The notes beneath the pieces were generated by a model. It had not been told where the DNA came from. It made no database searches and saw only the letters and a program-made list of their open reading frames with translations. 64,000 nucleotides of DNA. It comes from Candidatus Magasanikiibacteriota bacterium (GTDB taxonomy: Bacteria > Patescibacteriota > Patescibacteriia > Magasanikbacterales > UBA922). Positions 48,328-57,701 of this stretch are shown one piece after another. The position numbers and the translations under genes are program-made. Location: assembly GCA_003510435.1 (NCBI GenBank), contig DOMK01000001.1:26604-90603 (forward strand), read 5' to 3'. How positions within the stretch are numbered: position 1 is the stretch's first letter; the number at the start of each line of letters is the position of its first letter.

Positions 48328-48729
48328 TTAATTTATCACTTCACTCAACTTCAATTCACCTAAATACTTAACTAATTTTTCATTAACCATTTTAAAAACT
48401 TTTTGAGAGTCACATTTTCCTTCTTTGGTGCAATGACAGCCTTTTTTTAGACAATTGGTGACAGCATACTCCCCTTCCAGTGCTTCGACAATATTTTTGA
48501 TAGTTAGATTTTTAAATTCATTATTTAGTTGATATCCACCCTGTGCGCCCTTTACTGATTTTACAATCTTGGCTTCACGAAGTTTTTTGGCAATTCTTTG
48601 TAAAAATAAAAAAGATATTTTTGAATCTTTTGAAAAATTTCGTAGACTTAATAATTCCCCACTCTTTGATTTTGTTAGAGCAGAGATGAGTTGGATACCA
48701 TAGTCTACTTCTTTGGTGAATTGCAACAT
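48328..48729 (-). CDS. Rrf2-family transcriptional regulator (IscR/SufR-like)
   Basis: wHTH DYGIQLISALTKSKSGELLSLRNFSKDSKISFLFLQRIAKKLREAKIVKSVKGAQGGYQL plus CxxxxxxC...C cluster ligands. Confidence 0.75.
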   Translation of the reverse strand: MLQFTKEVDYGIQLISALTKSKSGELLSLRNFSKDSKISFLFLQRIAKKLREAKIVKSVKGAQGGYQLNNEFKNLTIKNIVEALEGEYAVTNCLKKGCHCTKEGKCDSQKVFKMVNEKLVKYLGELKLSEVIN

Positions 48730-48804
48730 ACGTTGAAGTTAAAAGTAAAAAGTTTCCGCCAGAGGACGGATCAGTCTTTGGCTGAAAAAGTATAAAGTAC
48801 TAAA

Positions 48805-48832
48805 ATTATACCACTCTAGTATGATATGTCAA
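48805..48832 (-). promoter_or_regulatory. consensus sigma70 promoter TTGACA-N16-TATAAT for the Fe-S operon
   Basis: Minus-strand read: ctcTTGACAtatcatactagagtggTATAATttt. Confidence 0.55.
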
Positions 48833-48844
48833 GAGAAAATAAAA

Positions 48845-48910
48845 AGGAGTTAGGAATTGGGTATAGAGGCGAGAAAAATTATCCCGCATCTAGTCCTTAC
48901 TCCTAACTCC
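48845..48910. repeat. family-C REP-like palindrome
   Basis: ggagttaggaattgggtatagaggcg...cgcatctagtccttactcctaactcc. Confidence 0.55.
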
Positions 48911-48926
48911 TTCTAATAATAAGGAT

Positions 48927-49535
48927 CTATAGAGGAAGCGTTAAATTAATATTATTAATCACTTCGCCACTAGCATTCATAGGTATTACAGGCGGATCAA
49001 AATTCACAGGAAATGGTGTAAGGTCCCCAGTTAAAGTATTATAGTATAGCATCTTATTTTTTCGACCATATTCATACAATTCCATCGTCACTTTCACATC
49101 TTGTTCACAATATTTTTTTATCTCATCAATTTTTCCTTCTTCCCACCATTTTTGGGCTTGGAGACCATCGGCGCTTTTTTCCATTTGCAAAGTGGCTTTG
49201 ACTAGATCATTCAATTTGAAACGAGAGCCAGTAGATTCTCTAACAACTTTTAAAAGATCTAGATGAGGAAATTTCATCAAATCACCCGCATAATATTTAT
49301 CCAAAATTGGCAAATCAAAATGTTCGCTATTATAGCCAATAATCCGTTCAGCTTTTTCTAAAATTGGCCAAAGCTGACCAAGCTCACTTTCCAAAAATGA
49401 TTGATACTTATTTGTTTCATATTCATAAATAGAAACAACTGTCACTTTCAGATTATCAAAATCTCGGATATCACCAATGGTTTCTATGTCTAACACAACT
49501 TCTTTGGACATAATTTTATAATTTAACGATGCCAA
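48927..49535 (-). CDS. DEDD-family 3'-5' exonuclease (RNase H-like fold)
   Basis: Exo I VLDIETIG, Exo II IGYNSEHFDLPIL, Exo III YCEQDVKVTMELY. Confidence 0.6.
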   Translation of the reverse strand: MASLNYKIMSKEVVLDIETIGDIRDFDNLKVTVVSIYEYETNKYQSFLESELGQLWPILEKAERIIGYNSEHFDLPILDKYYAGDLMKFPHLDLLKVVRESTGSRFKLNDLVKATLQMEKSADGLQAQKWWEEGKIDEIKKYCEQDVKVTMELYEYGRKNKMLYYNTLTGDLTPFPVNFDPPVIPMNASGEVINNINLTLPL

Positions 49536-49621
49536 TATACGAATGGTACTAATTATACTAATAAATTATTATTAGTTGTGATTAGTATTATTGGTATGAA
49601 TTAGTATATTAGTATCGCAAT

Positions 49622-49975
49622 TTAAGCGACTTTTTTAAAATTAACTTTAAATACTGGTTCATAATCTTTTCCATCTTCATCTTTTATTGCAATACTCTCG
49701 CCTTTCATAAGTTGAGTAATAGCAATATCAGTAATTAATTCAGTGTCAGATTCAATATCAATTTTTAAATCCTCTAACTTAGTAAATTCCGAACCAAAAT
49801 CTCTCCGTACGGCTTCTTCAATTTCCTTTTTCTTGGCGCGCAAAGTTTTTAATTCATCAACCAAATCAGTGTAAGAAGAAGAATTTTTTAAAGCTTCTTT
49901 ATAAGAGGCTTTTATATCTTTTTGTTTTTTCTTGGCCTCTTGCAGGCGGTTAAAAATGGCTTGTAGATCTTGCAT
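49622..49975 (-). CDS. hypothetical coiled-coil protein
   Basis: 117 aa, charged helical N-half; no motif. Confidence 0.35.
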   Translation of the reverse strand: MQDLQAIFNRLQEAKKKQKDIKASYKEALKNSSSYTDLVDELKTLRAKKKEIEEAVRRDFGSEFTKLEDLKIDIESDTELITDIAITQLMKGESIAIKDEDGKDYEPVFKVNFKKVA

Positions 49976-50071
49976 AAAATTTCACAATAAATACATCTTA
50001 TTAATCTTATTAATCTTTGCCCATAAGTACTTAGCAAAGATTTATATGATTTATATGATTTTAAATAAAGA

Positions 50072-50584
50072 TTATAAATATTCTTGACACGCTTTGAAAT
50101 AGTTTTTCAAATATGGATGCTCAGATAAAATTTCTCTGGACCATTTATACTCGACTGATTGTTCATCCAATTTCACATCTTCACTATTTTCAATTTTCAT
50201 GAGAATGGCTGTGCCAAGATAATGAACATTTTCTACAGAAAAAGGATAAAAATGTCTGTCTTCATTACTCCATTCGGCTGTGGAAAAAATTTCTTCAAAA
50301 TATTGAGGTGAAACATAAACTATTTTTCCTTTTATTCCTGTTTCTTTTTCTAAAACTGCCTTTGCACCCTGTTCAATAGTTTCACCATTAAATATTCTTC
50401 CACCTGGCACCCACCACTCGTCTTTGGCTGGATTATTTTTTCTTTTTATCCAAAGGAACTCATTATTTTCATTTTTCAAAATAATGTTGACTGAAACCAT
50501 TGGATAATATTCGACTGTTTTGGCAAAAACTCCAAATGGAGCTTTTCTATCTTTAGGAATTTTCATAGGCCAGTATTTTAGCAC
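50072..50584 (-). CDS. Nudix hydrolase
   Basis: WWVPGGRIFNGETIEQGAKAVLEKETGI Nudix box. Confidence 0.65.
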   Translation of the reverse strand: MLKYWPMKIPKDRKAPFGVFAKTVEYYPMVSVNIILKNENNEFLWIKRKNNPAKDEWWVPGGRIFNGETIEQGAKAVLEKETGIKGKIVYVSPQYFEEIFSTAEWSNEDRHFYPFSVENVHYLGTAILMKIENSEDVKLDEQSVEYKWSREILSEHPYLKNYFKACQEYL

Positions 50585-50623
50585 AAAAAAACAAAACCGC
50601 CAAATGGCGGATTGTTTATTATT

Positions 50624-50878
50624 CTATTCTAACCAAGCGGGCATTTTTTTGATATAATTTTCCGCAGCAATTTGGGCTTCTTCCTCGGACAAACCAAGTT
50701 CACCCACAAAATAAAAATCTCGACTGCCAGAAATTATATCTTCTTTTGGCCAGAGTTCGCCAGTTTCATCACACACACAATACAGGCACAAATTCCATTT
50801 GGTATTATTTTTTCGAGCTCTATTATCTTTGTCTAAAGGTAAACCACAAGAATCACATTTTATTTCTTCCTGCATCAT
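50624..50878 (-). CDS. small zinc-ribbon protein
   Basis: 84 aa with CDSCG ... CLYCVC. Confidence 0.4.
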   Translation of the reverse strand: MMQEEIKCDSCGLPLDKDNRARKNNTKWNLCLYCVCDETGELWPKEDIISGSRDFYFVGELGLSEEEAQIAAENYIKKMPAWLE

Positions 50879-50908
50879 ATTTTTGCAAGTTAAATTTAAT
50901 ATAATTTA

Positions 50909-51619
50909 TTAGTCAGCAATATTAATTTTTGTTGAACCACTACCGCCTATCGTAGCATTCAACAAGGGTCCAGAACACTGAGCCACTTTTGTTATAATAG
51001 TTGACACCCTATCACCAGCTTGCCATTCTGTTAACAACTGAGTCAGTAGTGAATTTTGTGAAAAAATACACACAGCATCTTTTCCATTAAAATTATTTTG
51101 TACATCAGCATTACCACTTTTTTCAAATTCACTTATTTGAGCTTCTGACATACCTGAAGCAATTAAATCATCTTTAGCTTCTTTATTATAACTCACTGTT
51201 ACATTGTTTGTTTTCATGTACAATATACATTTTCCCTTTACTGTATCTTTTATCTCATAATAATCAGTAAAATTATAATTAACACCAAACATATCAAGTG
51301 TGTATGAAATATTTGCTTTTGCTGGCAAACATGTTTTTGATAATTCTACCAAACATAACAAATCATTGGAACAATTTTTTATTTCATTAGCTTTAATTAC
51401 TTCAACTTTTGGTAAACTTGTTTCTTTAGTTTCTAATTCATCTACTAATGTTTTATTTGGATCCAACTCCTTTTGGTCGGTGGTTTCTCTTTTTTGAGTT
51501 TCTGTTGTAGTCTTCTGTATTTCTGTCTTTATATTATTATCTTTTGTTTGGAAACTGCAACCAACTCCCAAAAACAAAAAAGATAACAAGCATATTGAGA
51601 TATATTTGAATGATTTCAT
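50909..51619 (-). CDS. lipoprotein, unknown function
   Basis: Signal peptide with lipobox (LLSFLFLGVGC). Confidence 0.55.
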   Translation of the reverse strand: MKSFKYISICLLSFLFLGVGCSFQTKDNNIKTEIQKTTTETQKRETTDQKELDPNKTLVDELETKETSLPKVEVIKANEIKNCSNDLLCLVELSKTCLPAKANISYTLDMFGVNYNFTDYYEIKDTVKGKCILYMKTNNVTVSYNKEAKDDLIASGMSEAQISEFEKSGNADVQNNFNGKDAVCIFSQNSLLTQLLTEWQAGDRVSTIITKVAQCSGPLLNATIGGSGSTKINIAD

Positions 51620-51724
51620 AACTTTTGTTTAATAATTAAATTTTAAATATAAAGCTATACACATATTGTACCACAATAAATAAAAAACTCCAGCCATAGC
51701 CAGAGTTTTTTAAAATACATGAAA

Positions 51725-51955
51725 TTACAACCCTAGAGCTTTATTAATTTTAGGTTTATCAAACCCAACAATAATTGTACCGTCAATATCAATCACTGGC
51801 ACCCCCATTTGGCCTGATTTTTTGATCATTTCTTGGGCTTTGTCTTGATCTTCACCCACATTATAATCCACAAACTCTACTTTATTATCTTTAAAATAAT
51901 CTTTGGCCATATGGCAGTATGGACAGCTGGGGGTAGAATAAACAGTTACGTTCAT
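51725..51955 (-). CDS. glutaredoxin/NrdH-like redoxin
   Basis: 76 aa, CPYC active site, thioredoxin fold. Confidence 0.85.
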   Translation of the reverse strand: MNVTVYSTPSCPYCHMAKDYFKDNKVEFVDYNVGEDQDKAQEMIKKSGQMGVPVIDIDGTIIVGFDKPKINKALGL

Positions 51956-52087
51956 ATTTTAATAAGTTAATTAAGTTAAACTAAATGAATAAGTACTTAC
52001 AATATAAGTTTATACTATTAAAAATTTAGTTCAATCTGTGGATAATTTATTATCAAAAATATTTATGTGTCAACGGTGGTTGGGTGG

Positions 52088-52852
52088 TCAAGTGATTTGT
52101 AACACTTCCATCACTACTTTTCTATAAGTACAATAATCACAGTCTTTGTTTGGATTGGGTAACTTATCACTTAATAAACATTTATGTGCTTCTATAATAG
52201 TTTTTTCTACCCATTCATCACTACCCTCATAAGGTATAAGTGTAATATCAAATTCGAGTTTACCGTCAAAAGCTTCTTTGTCAGTATCACCATTGCAATA
52301 CACAAAATAGCCAGTATTAGAGACTTTGTAGCCATTTTGGCGAAGTAGCCATTGATATACTTCCATTTGCCGTTTATAACCATCATGCCAGGTATTATTT
52401 AATTCGGTAATGGCTTCTTGTTTACTCGTAGCCTTATAATCCACCACAATATACTCATTATTAGAATTAATCCACAAGTCGTCAATGGCACCAGTAATTG
52501 TAATGCCAGTTTTTGGATGAACATATTGAATACCAGTAAAATTGTCGCGCCATTCATTTAATTTTTCATGAGGGGCAGGAATAGCATCAATACTATATTT
52601 TTCTTGGAGAGGATGTTGTTGATTTTTTGCACGATGAATATCAAATTCTTTTTTTAATAAAGTATCGACCGCTGAGTTTAGATTAAATGGAAAACCTGGT
52701 GGTCTTTTTACACCCAATTTATTATCAATATAAAAGCACCTGGGACACTCCACAAACAAATCAATTTTTGATCGGCTTAATTTCCAATTATTTTTTACCC
52801 CGGGAACAAAATTCCAGTTTTGTCCACGCGGGACTTTGTAATATTCTGACAT
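52088..52852 (-). CDS. stand-alone Cas4-like PD-(D/E)xK nuclease with 4-Cys cluster
   Basis: N-terminal ECPRC; GAIDDLWINSNNEYIVVDYKATSK (D ... EYxVVDYK); C-terminal CLLSDKLPNPNKDCDYC. Confidence 0.6.
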   Translation of the reverse strand: MSEYYKVPRGQNWNFVPGVKNNWKLSRSKIDLFVECPRCFYIDNKLGVKRPPGFPFNLNSAVDTLLKKEFDIHRAKNQQHPLQEKYSIDAIPAPHEKLNEWRDNFTGIQYVHPKTGITITGAIDDLWINSNNEYIVVDYKATSKQEAITELNNTWHDGYKRQMEVYQWLLRQNGYKVSNTGYFVYCNGDTDKEAFDGKLEFDITLIPYEGSDEWVEKTIIEAHKCLLSDKLPNPNKDCDYCTYRKVVMEVLQIT

Positions 52853-53168
52853 AATATTTTATTATAAATAAATTATTTGTAAGATTAATGAGCATTGTAT
52901 ATGATTTTAATCAGTAATAATATTATTTGCTAAAATCCGTTATAATCTGCTTAATGTGCCGTTTTGTATAATTTAACAGCAGATTTGAACAGATTACAGC
53001 AGATTAAAACGGAAAATAAATATAATACTTGTCTTTTTGTAAAATATAAAAGTATAAACAACACCAATATATCTTACAAATTATGTCTTAAAATGATATA
53101 TAAAACACAGATCAGTAAAAATTAGTTTAATCAGTTAAATCAGCGTTCTATCTAACTTTATAAGTACT

Positions 53169-53699
53169 TTATATATCCAAACCCTTAATCCTTTTTCTTT
53201 TCTCTTTATGATCAGGGATTGTTTTGGCAACTAGATCCCAAAATTTTTTACTATGATTCATCTGTTCTAGATGACAAAGCTCGTGCACTACCACATAATC
53301 AACCAGTTCTAATGGCAAAAAAAATAATTTATAATTAAAATTCAGATGTTTTTTTGTAGAACAACTCCCCCATCTGGTTTTTTGCCGACGAATCACTACA
53401 TGATTGTATTTAAAATTATAAAATTCATTATAATATTTTAATCTCTCGGTAATTAACTTTTTTGCTCTCGCCTGACAAGAATGAAAACTTGGCAATACTG
53501 GTTTGTCTTTTTTAATTTTACTTTTTGTCTTGGCTAATTGTTCAGTAATCCAGGCTTGTTTATTTTTAACAAAATCTTCTATAGTTTTTTTTGCTACCCA
53601 AGCTGGGCTAGTGACTACCACTTTTCCATCGGCATGAACTAAAATTTTTATAGAACGAGATCTTTTGAATTTTTTAAGTGTATACTCAAATTGGGACAT
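53169..53699 (-). CDS. YgjP/DUF45-family (M48-like) zinc metallohydrolase
   Basis: HELCHLEQMNHSKKFW (HExxH) near the C-terminus of a 176-aa protein. Confidence 0.7.
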   Translation of the reverse strand: MSQFEYTLKKFKRSRSIKILVHADGKVVVTSPAWVAKKTIEDFVKNKQAWITEQLAKTKSKIKKDKPVLPSFHSCQARAKKLITERLKYYNEFYNFKYNHVVIRRQKTRWGSCSTKKHLNFNYKLFFLPLELVDYVVVHELCHLEQMNHSKKFWDLVAKTIPDHKEKRKRIKGLDI

Positions 53700-53708
53700 A
53701 TTTTATTG

Positions 53709-53848
53709 TTCCTCCCCTATAAGGGGAGGCGGACACGAAGTGCCAGTGGGGTCGTTTGACTCTCCAAATTCTCACTTGTTATTCTGAATTAAAATGTTTT
53801 GTGACACGAATGACCCCCTCCTACCTCCCCCTCATAGGGGGAGAGCTA
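53709..53848. repeat. family-F palindromic element (CCTCCCCTATAAGGGGAGG ... CCTCCCCCTCATAGGGGGAG)
   Basis: Two G/C palindromes around an AT-rich core; the right end supplies the last codons of the downstream oxidoreductase gene. Related in-frame copy at 25816-25850. Confidence 0.55.
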
Positions 53849-55088
53849 ATGAATTTCCCGCTGTATACCCAGTACCCCAAGCGACGGTTAGATTATAACC
53901 CCCAGTAATACCATCAATATCCAAAATCTCTCCGGCAAAGTATAAATTATCTATTAATTTTGATTGCATAGTCTTCGGATCAATTTCTTTTAAATCAACC
54001 CCGCCACTCGTGACAATGGCTTGCTCAAATCCCATATCCCCCACCACTGTTAATTTTAAATCATGTAAAATTTCTAGTATTTTTTTTCTTTCTTCCTTGC
54101 TAATACTGTTAGCTAATTTTTCTGGATAAATATCGGCCAAGTCCAACATAATGCCAACAAATTTACTTGGTAGAAAATTATCCCAAATATTTTTAATAGT
54201 TTTTTTACCATTATCATGAAAGATTTTTTGTAAAAATAAATCTAATTGTTTTTCATTTTGTTTGGGTTTAAAATTTATTCTTAATTCTACATTGCCATTT
54301 TTTCTGGCAGTAATAACCTGCTTACTCAAATTCAAAATCATCGGACCACTAATACCAAAATGAGTAAATAAAATATCACCAATTTTTTTAGTAATTTTCT
54401 TATTATTTTGATAAAGACTGACTTCTATATCACTAAAACTTAAACCTTGTAAATCTTTTACAAAAGTTTCTTTTATTTTTAATGGTACAAGCGACGGAAT
54501 GGTTGGTGTAATCGTATGACCAAGATTTTTGGCAAATTTAAATCCATCACCAGTCGAGCCAGTACCAGGATAAGATAATCCCCCAGTAGCAATTAACAAA
54601 TTGGTTGTATTAAATAATTCTCCATTTTCAAGTTCAACGCCAGTAATATTAGTTTTGTCTTTAAAAATATTTTTTACTTGAGCTAAAGTTTTAATTTCTA
54701 CTTTATTATTTTTTAAATATTTTATTAGAGAATTAACAATCTCTTGGGACGAATCACTCCTAGGAAAAACCCGTCTATCATCTTCAATTTTTAATTTAAC
54801 ACCCAAATTTTCAAAGAAATTCATAATTTCCTGTGGAGGAAAATTGTTTAGAGCAGAAAATAAAAAAGCGCCATTATCACCATAGGCTTTGATTAGTTCT
54901 CTAATATTTGATTCATCGTGAGTCAGGTTGCAACGCGTATGTCCAGAAATCAAAATTTTTCTGCCTAATTCTTTATTTTTTTCCAATAACAAAACTTTGG
55001 CTCCGCGTTCACTGGCTATACCAGCCGCCACCATACCAGCTGCGCCACCACCGATGACGATTAGATCATATTGATTTTTCATACACAT
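53832..55088 (-). CDS. HI0933/BaiN-family NAD(FAD)-utilising dehydrogenase
   Basis: YDLIVIGGGAAGMVAAGIASERGAKVLLLEKN dinucleotide-binding motif; 418 aa. Confidence 0.75.
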   Translation of the reverse strand: MCMKNQYDLIVIGGGAAGMVAAGIASERGAKVLLLEKNKELGRKILISGHTRCNLTHDESNIRELIKAYGDNGAFLFSALNNFPPQEIMNFFENLGVKLKIEDDRRVFPRSDSSQEIVNSLIKYLKNNKVEIKTLAQVKNIFKDKTNITGVELENGELFNTTNLLIATGGLSYPGTGSTGDGFKFAKNLGHTITPTIPSLVPLKIKETFVKDLQGLSFSDIEVSLYQNNKKITKKIGDILFTHFGISGPMILNLSKQVITARKNGNVELRINFKPKQNEKQLDLFLQKIFHDNGKKTIKNIWDNFLPSKFVGIMLDLADIYPEKLANSISKEERKKILEILHDLKLTVVGDMGFEQAIVTSGGVDLKEIDPKTMQSKLIDNLYFAGEILDIDGITGGYNLTVAWGTGYTAGNSLALPL

Positions 55089-55107
55089 GTGTCATCCTGA
55101 ATAATAA

Positions 55108-55635
55108 TTATATATTCCTACTATCATACGCCCAATGCAGTAAAGCTTGACGTTGTTTTCTTCGACACGAAGTATCTCTTGGTCGACAATTTTTCTTTAT
55201 AGCGCCAACATGACGAGCAATCGCTTTCCAACGTTTAATTTGCCTGTCATCTTCACCAGGAATTCTCCGCCCTAAATAATACCGACAATACCACTGAAAC
55301 CAACCATGGGGATCATCTTTATAAATCCAACCTTTCTTTTGCCAAACAGATAATGGCTGACTAGCAGATACACCAAAATAATTTAATTCACCATGCTTTT
55401 CTTGATCTGGAGATAATTTTATAATCTTAAACCAAGATTTTGGCAAATCTTTGGGAATTAAACCTTTGGCACCAATAAAATAAGCTCCACCAAACACACC
55501 CAACTTTAACATTTCAGCTGGCGTTAGATTTGGCCTAAAATCAGGGTGAAATTTTTTCCCCGCTGACGTAATTATTTGATATTTATAATTCTTTTGAAAG
55601 TTGTCAGAATATACTACAGTCTTCATATTACTCAA
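55108..55635 (-). CDS. conserved hypothetical protein (aromatic-rich; GWFQWYCRYYLGRR motif)
   Basis: 175-aa ORF, no confident family assignment. Confidence 0.4.
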   Translation of the reverse strand: MSNMKTVVYSDNFQKNYKYQIITSAGKKFHPDFRPNLTPAEMLKLGVFGGAYFIGAKGLIPKDLPKSWFKIIKLSPDQEKHGELNYFGVSASQPLSVWQKKGWIYKDDPHGWFQWYCRYYLGRRIPGEDDRQIKRWKAIARHVGAIKKNCRPRDTSCRRKQRQALLHWAYDSRNI

Positions 55636-56629
55636 AAAATACTGGGATTTCTAAAGCATCATCATTTTGTGGCAAACCAGATGGATTATCTTTCTTTAAT
55701 ATTAAAGCACCACGATTGGAAACAGTTGTGTCAGCTGTGAAATTTAGTGTGGCTTTGAACGGTACAAATTCCGTTGTCATCCAACCTGCCCCGTCAGTAT
55801 CGTCGGGGTCAAGTTGAGCTTGAGCAACACCTTCGGCAATAATCAATCCGTCCCAATTGGTCAAAACTATTGGAAAACTTGCTTCGAAAAACCATGTTCC
55901 TCGCGCTTGACCAGTAATTTCTAATGGTGAAGAAATAAAAGAAGCTGGCTTTGGTGAAGTTAATTCAATTGTCTCTTTTTTATAATTTAATTCTTTTAAA
56001 ATTCCTTCTTCAAAAACAAAATACCTTTGTCTTTCTAATGTCGGTTCATCAGTCATAGCTTGTCCATCAGCATGATCTTTATAATTTACAATAATTATGC
56101 CTTGTCGAAACTCAATATCTTTTGGTAAAATTCTATCTCCCAAAAAAATCGCATTATAACCATAATAAGTGCTAGAAGCTTGTAAAGCAATGGAAACATA
56201 ATAAAATGTACCGCTTCCACCATCATTTTGAGTCAAAATAACTACAGCATCATCAAGATTATTATCATCCAAATCTCCTAATTCACTAGCAGAGAGTAAT
56301 TCTGTTATATTTTTACTTTTTTCTCCTGGCAATATTTCTTGTTCAAATTTATCTTCTACCATTTTGCCATCTACGAGAGTAATAATTTCATTTTCAATCG
56401 TATAAGTGGCATTTTTAACTCCGTCTAACATATTAAAACTGGGCTTTTCATTTTTTTGGGTCAAACAGATTTCATCGGGCATAGGTTCACTGGGGTGGCC
56501 ATGCTGTATCCACTGGCCATTTTCACACAACCAAGCATCTTCGTCTCCACCAACAAAAAATCTTAGACCAACTATAACTAATAAAAAAATTGCTATAATT
56601 GTTAGAAAAATATAAATTACTTTATTCAT
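55628..56629 (-). CDS. exported/membrane-anchored hypothetical protein
   Basis: N-terminal TM (IYIFLTIIAIFLLVIVGL), beta-rich remainder. Confidence 0.45.
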   Translation of the reverse strand: MNKVIYIFLTIIAIFLLVIVGLRFFVGGDEDAWLCENGQWIQHGHPSEPMPDEICLTQKNEKPSFNMLDGVKNATYTIENEIITLVDGKMVEDKFEQEILPGEKSKNITELLSASELGDLDDNNLDDAVVILTQNDGGSGTFYYVSIALQASSTYYGYNAIFLGDRILPKDIEFRQGIIIVNYKDHADGQAMTDEPTLERQRYFVFEEGILKELNYKKETIELTSPKPASFISSPLEITGQARGTWFFEASFPIVLTNWDGLIIAEGVAQAQLDPDDTDGAGWMTTEFVPFKATLNFTADTTVSNRGALILKKDNPSGLPQNDDALEIPVFFE

Positions 56630-56642
56630 AAAATTTTTTAGA

Positions 56643-57311
56643 CTAGTCCCAGCTCAAACGACTATCGCCTGTGATAGGAATAACTTCACCTAAAAATTTA
56701 GGCTTAGTATTAAATAAAATAGAAAAAAATGCTTTTATCCTGGCCAGTGATTCTCTAAATTCCAATCTGGCCTCACCTTTATAAATTTGTTTATCTGCGG
56801 AAAAACCTTTAGCATTCAAACCAAGATTTTTTGCCATATATAATGCCCGGGGTAAATGAAATCTCTGGGTCACAATTATCACAGATTCAACTTGAAAAAT
56901 ATCCCTAGCCCGATAAATACTATCATAAGTATCAAAACCAGCATGATCTAAAAAAATATCTTCGGCTAGCACACCATTATCAAGAAAATATTTTTTCATG
57001 GCATTGACCTCGTCATACTCTGTGGTACCATGGTCACCACTCACCAAAATCTTTTGTACTTTTTTATTTTGATATAGTTCCAAAGCAGTTTTTGCTCGGT
57101 CGCCTAGAATAGCACTGAGACTGCCATTGTTATTCACTTTAGCACCTAATACTAAAGCCGTTTGAAACTGCCCGACTTGGTCTATATCAATGGCATACTC
57201 ATCTTGAAAAGTGGAAGCGACAATATAATAATTTACACTTGCGTAAAACAAAAACAAAGCCACACACCCGATTAAAAAGAGAATAATTATTTTTGAAAGT
57301 TTTGTTAACAT
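56643..57311 (-). CDS. SanA/YdcF (DUF218) family protein
   Basis: ALVLGAKVNNNGSLSAILGDRAKTALELYQNKKVQKILVSGDHG. Start at the ATG of MLTKLSK; the track ORF begins at a GTG 17 codons upstream and overlaps the next gene. Confidence 0.7.
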   Translation of the reverse strand: MLTKLSKIIILFLIGCVALFLFYASVNYYIVASTFQDEYAIDIDQVGQFQTALVLGAKVNNNGSLSAILGDRAKTALELYQNKKVQKILVSGDHGTTEYDEVNAMKKYFLDNGVLAEDIFLDHAGFDTYDSIYRARDIFQVESVIIVTQRFHLPRALYMAKNLGLNAKGFSADKQIYKGEARLEFRESLARIKAFFSILFNTKPKFLGEVIPITGDSRLSWD

Positions 57312-57631
57312 AAATTTATTTTTTTTGTCTTTTTCTTTGATTTTCCTTTTTTCTCCCAACACGACCCTGTCTCTAGCTCTTTTTTAAATTCTACCATCCT
57401 CTTATCAAAATAATATTCAACATCATTTATTCCTAATCTTTTGGCAATAACAAATGTTCCAATAAGTAAGTTAGCTAAACGTTTACCAACTTCGTCTTTA
57501 TCTTTTTTCCAAGAAGCTATCCATAATTTAGTAATTGATTCTTGAATACCCAACAAATCATAGTCTTTACTAGGAGATGTTAGTAATTCTAATTTTTTAA
57601 CAATTTTGTAAGCTTCATTTAATGTGGTCAT
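57305..57631 (-). CDS. MazG-like nucleotide pyrophosphohydrolase-domain protein
   Basis: LGIQESITKLWIASWKKDKDEVGKRLANLLIGTFVIAKRLGI; start at MTTLNEAY. Confidence 0.45.
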   Translation of the reverse strand: MTTLNEAYKIVKKLELLTSPSKDYDLLGIQESITKLWIASWKKDKDEVGKRLANLLIGTFVIAKRLGINDVEYYFDKRMVEFKKELETGSCWEKKGKSKKKTKKINLC

Positions 57632-57701
57632 ATATATTAACTTATTAAAAATAAACAAGTTTATTATAACAAAAATCGCCAGGTTTGGCGATTTTATGAT
57701 G

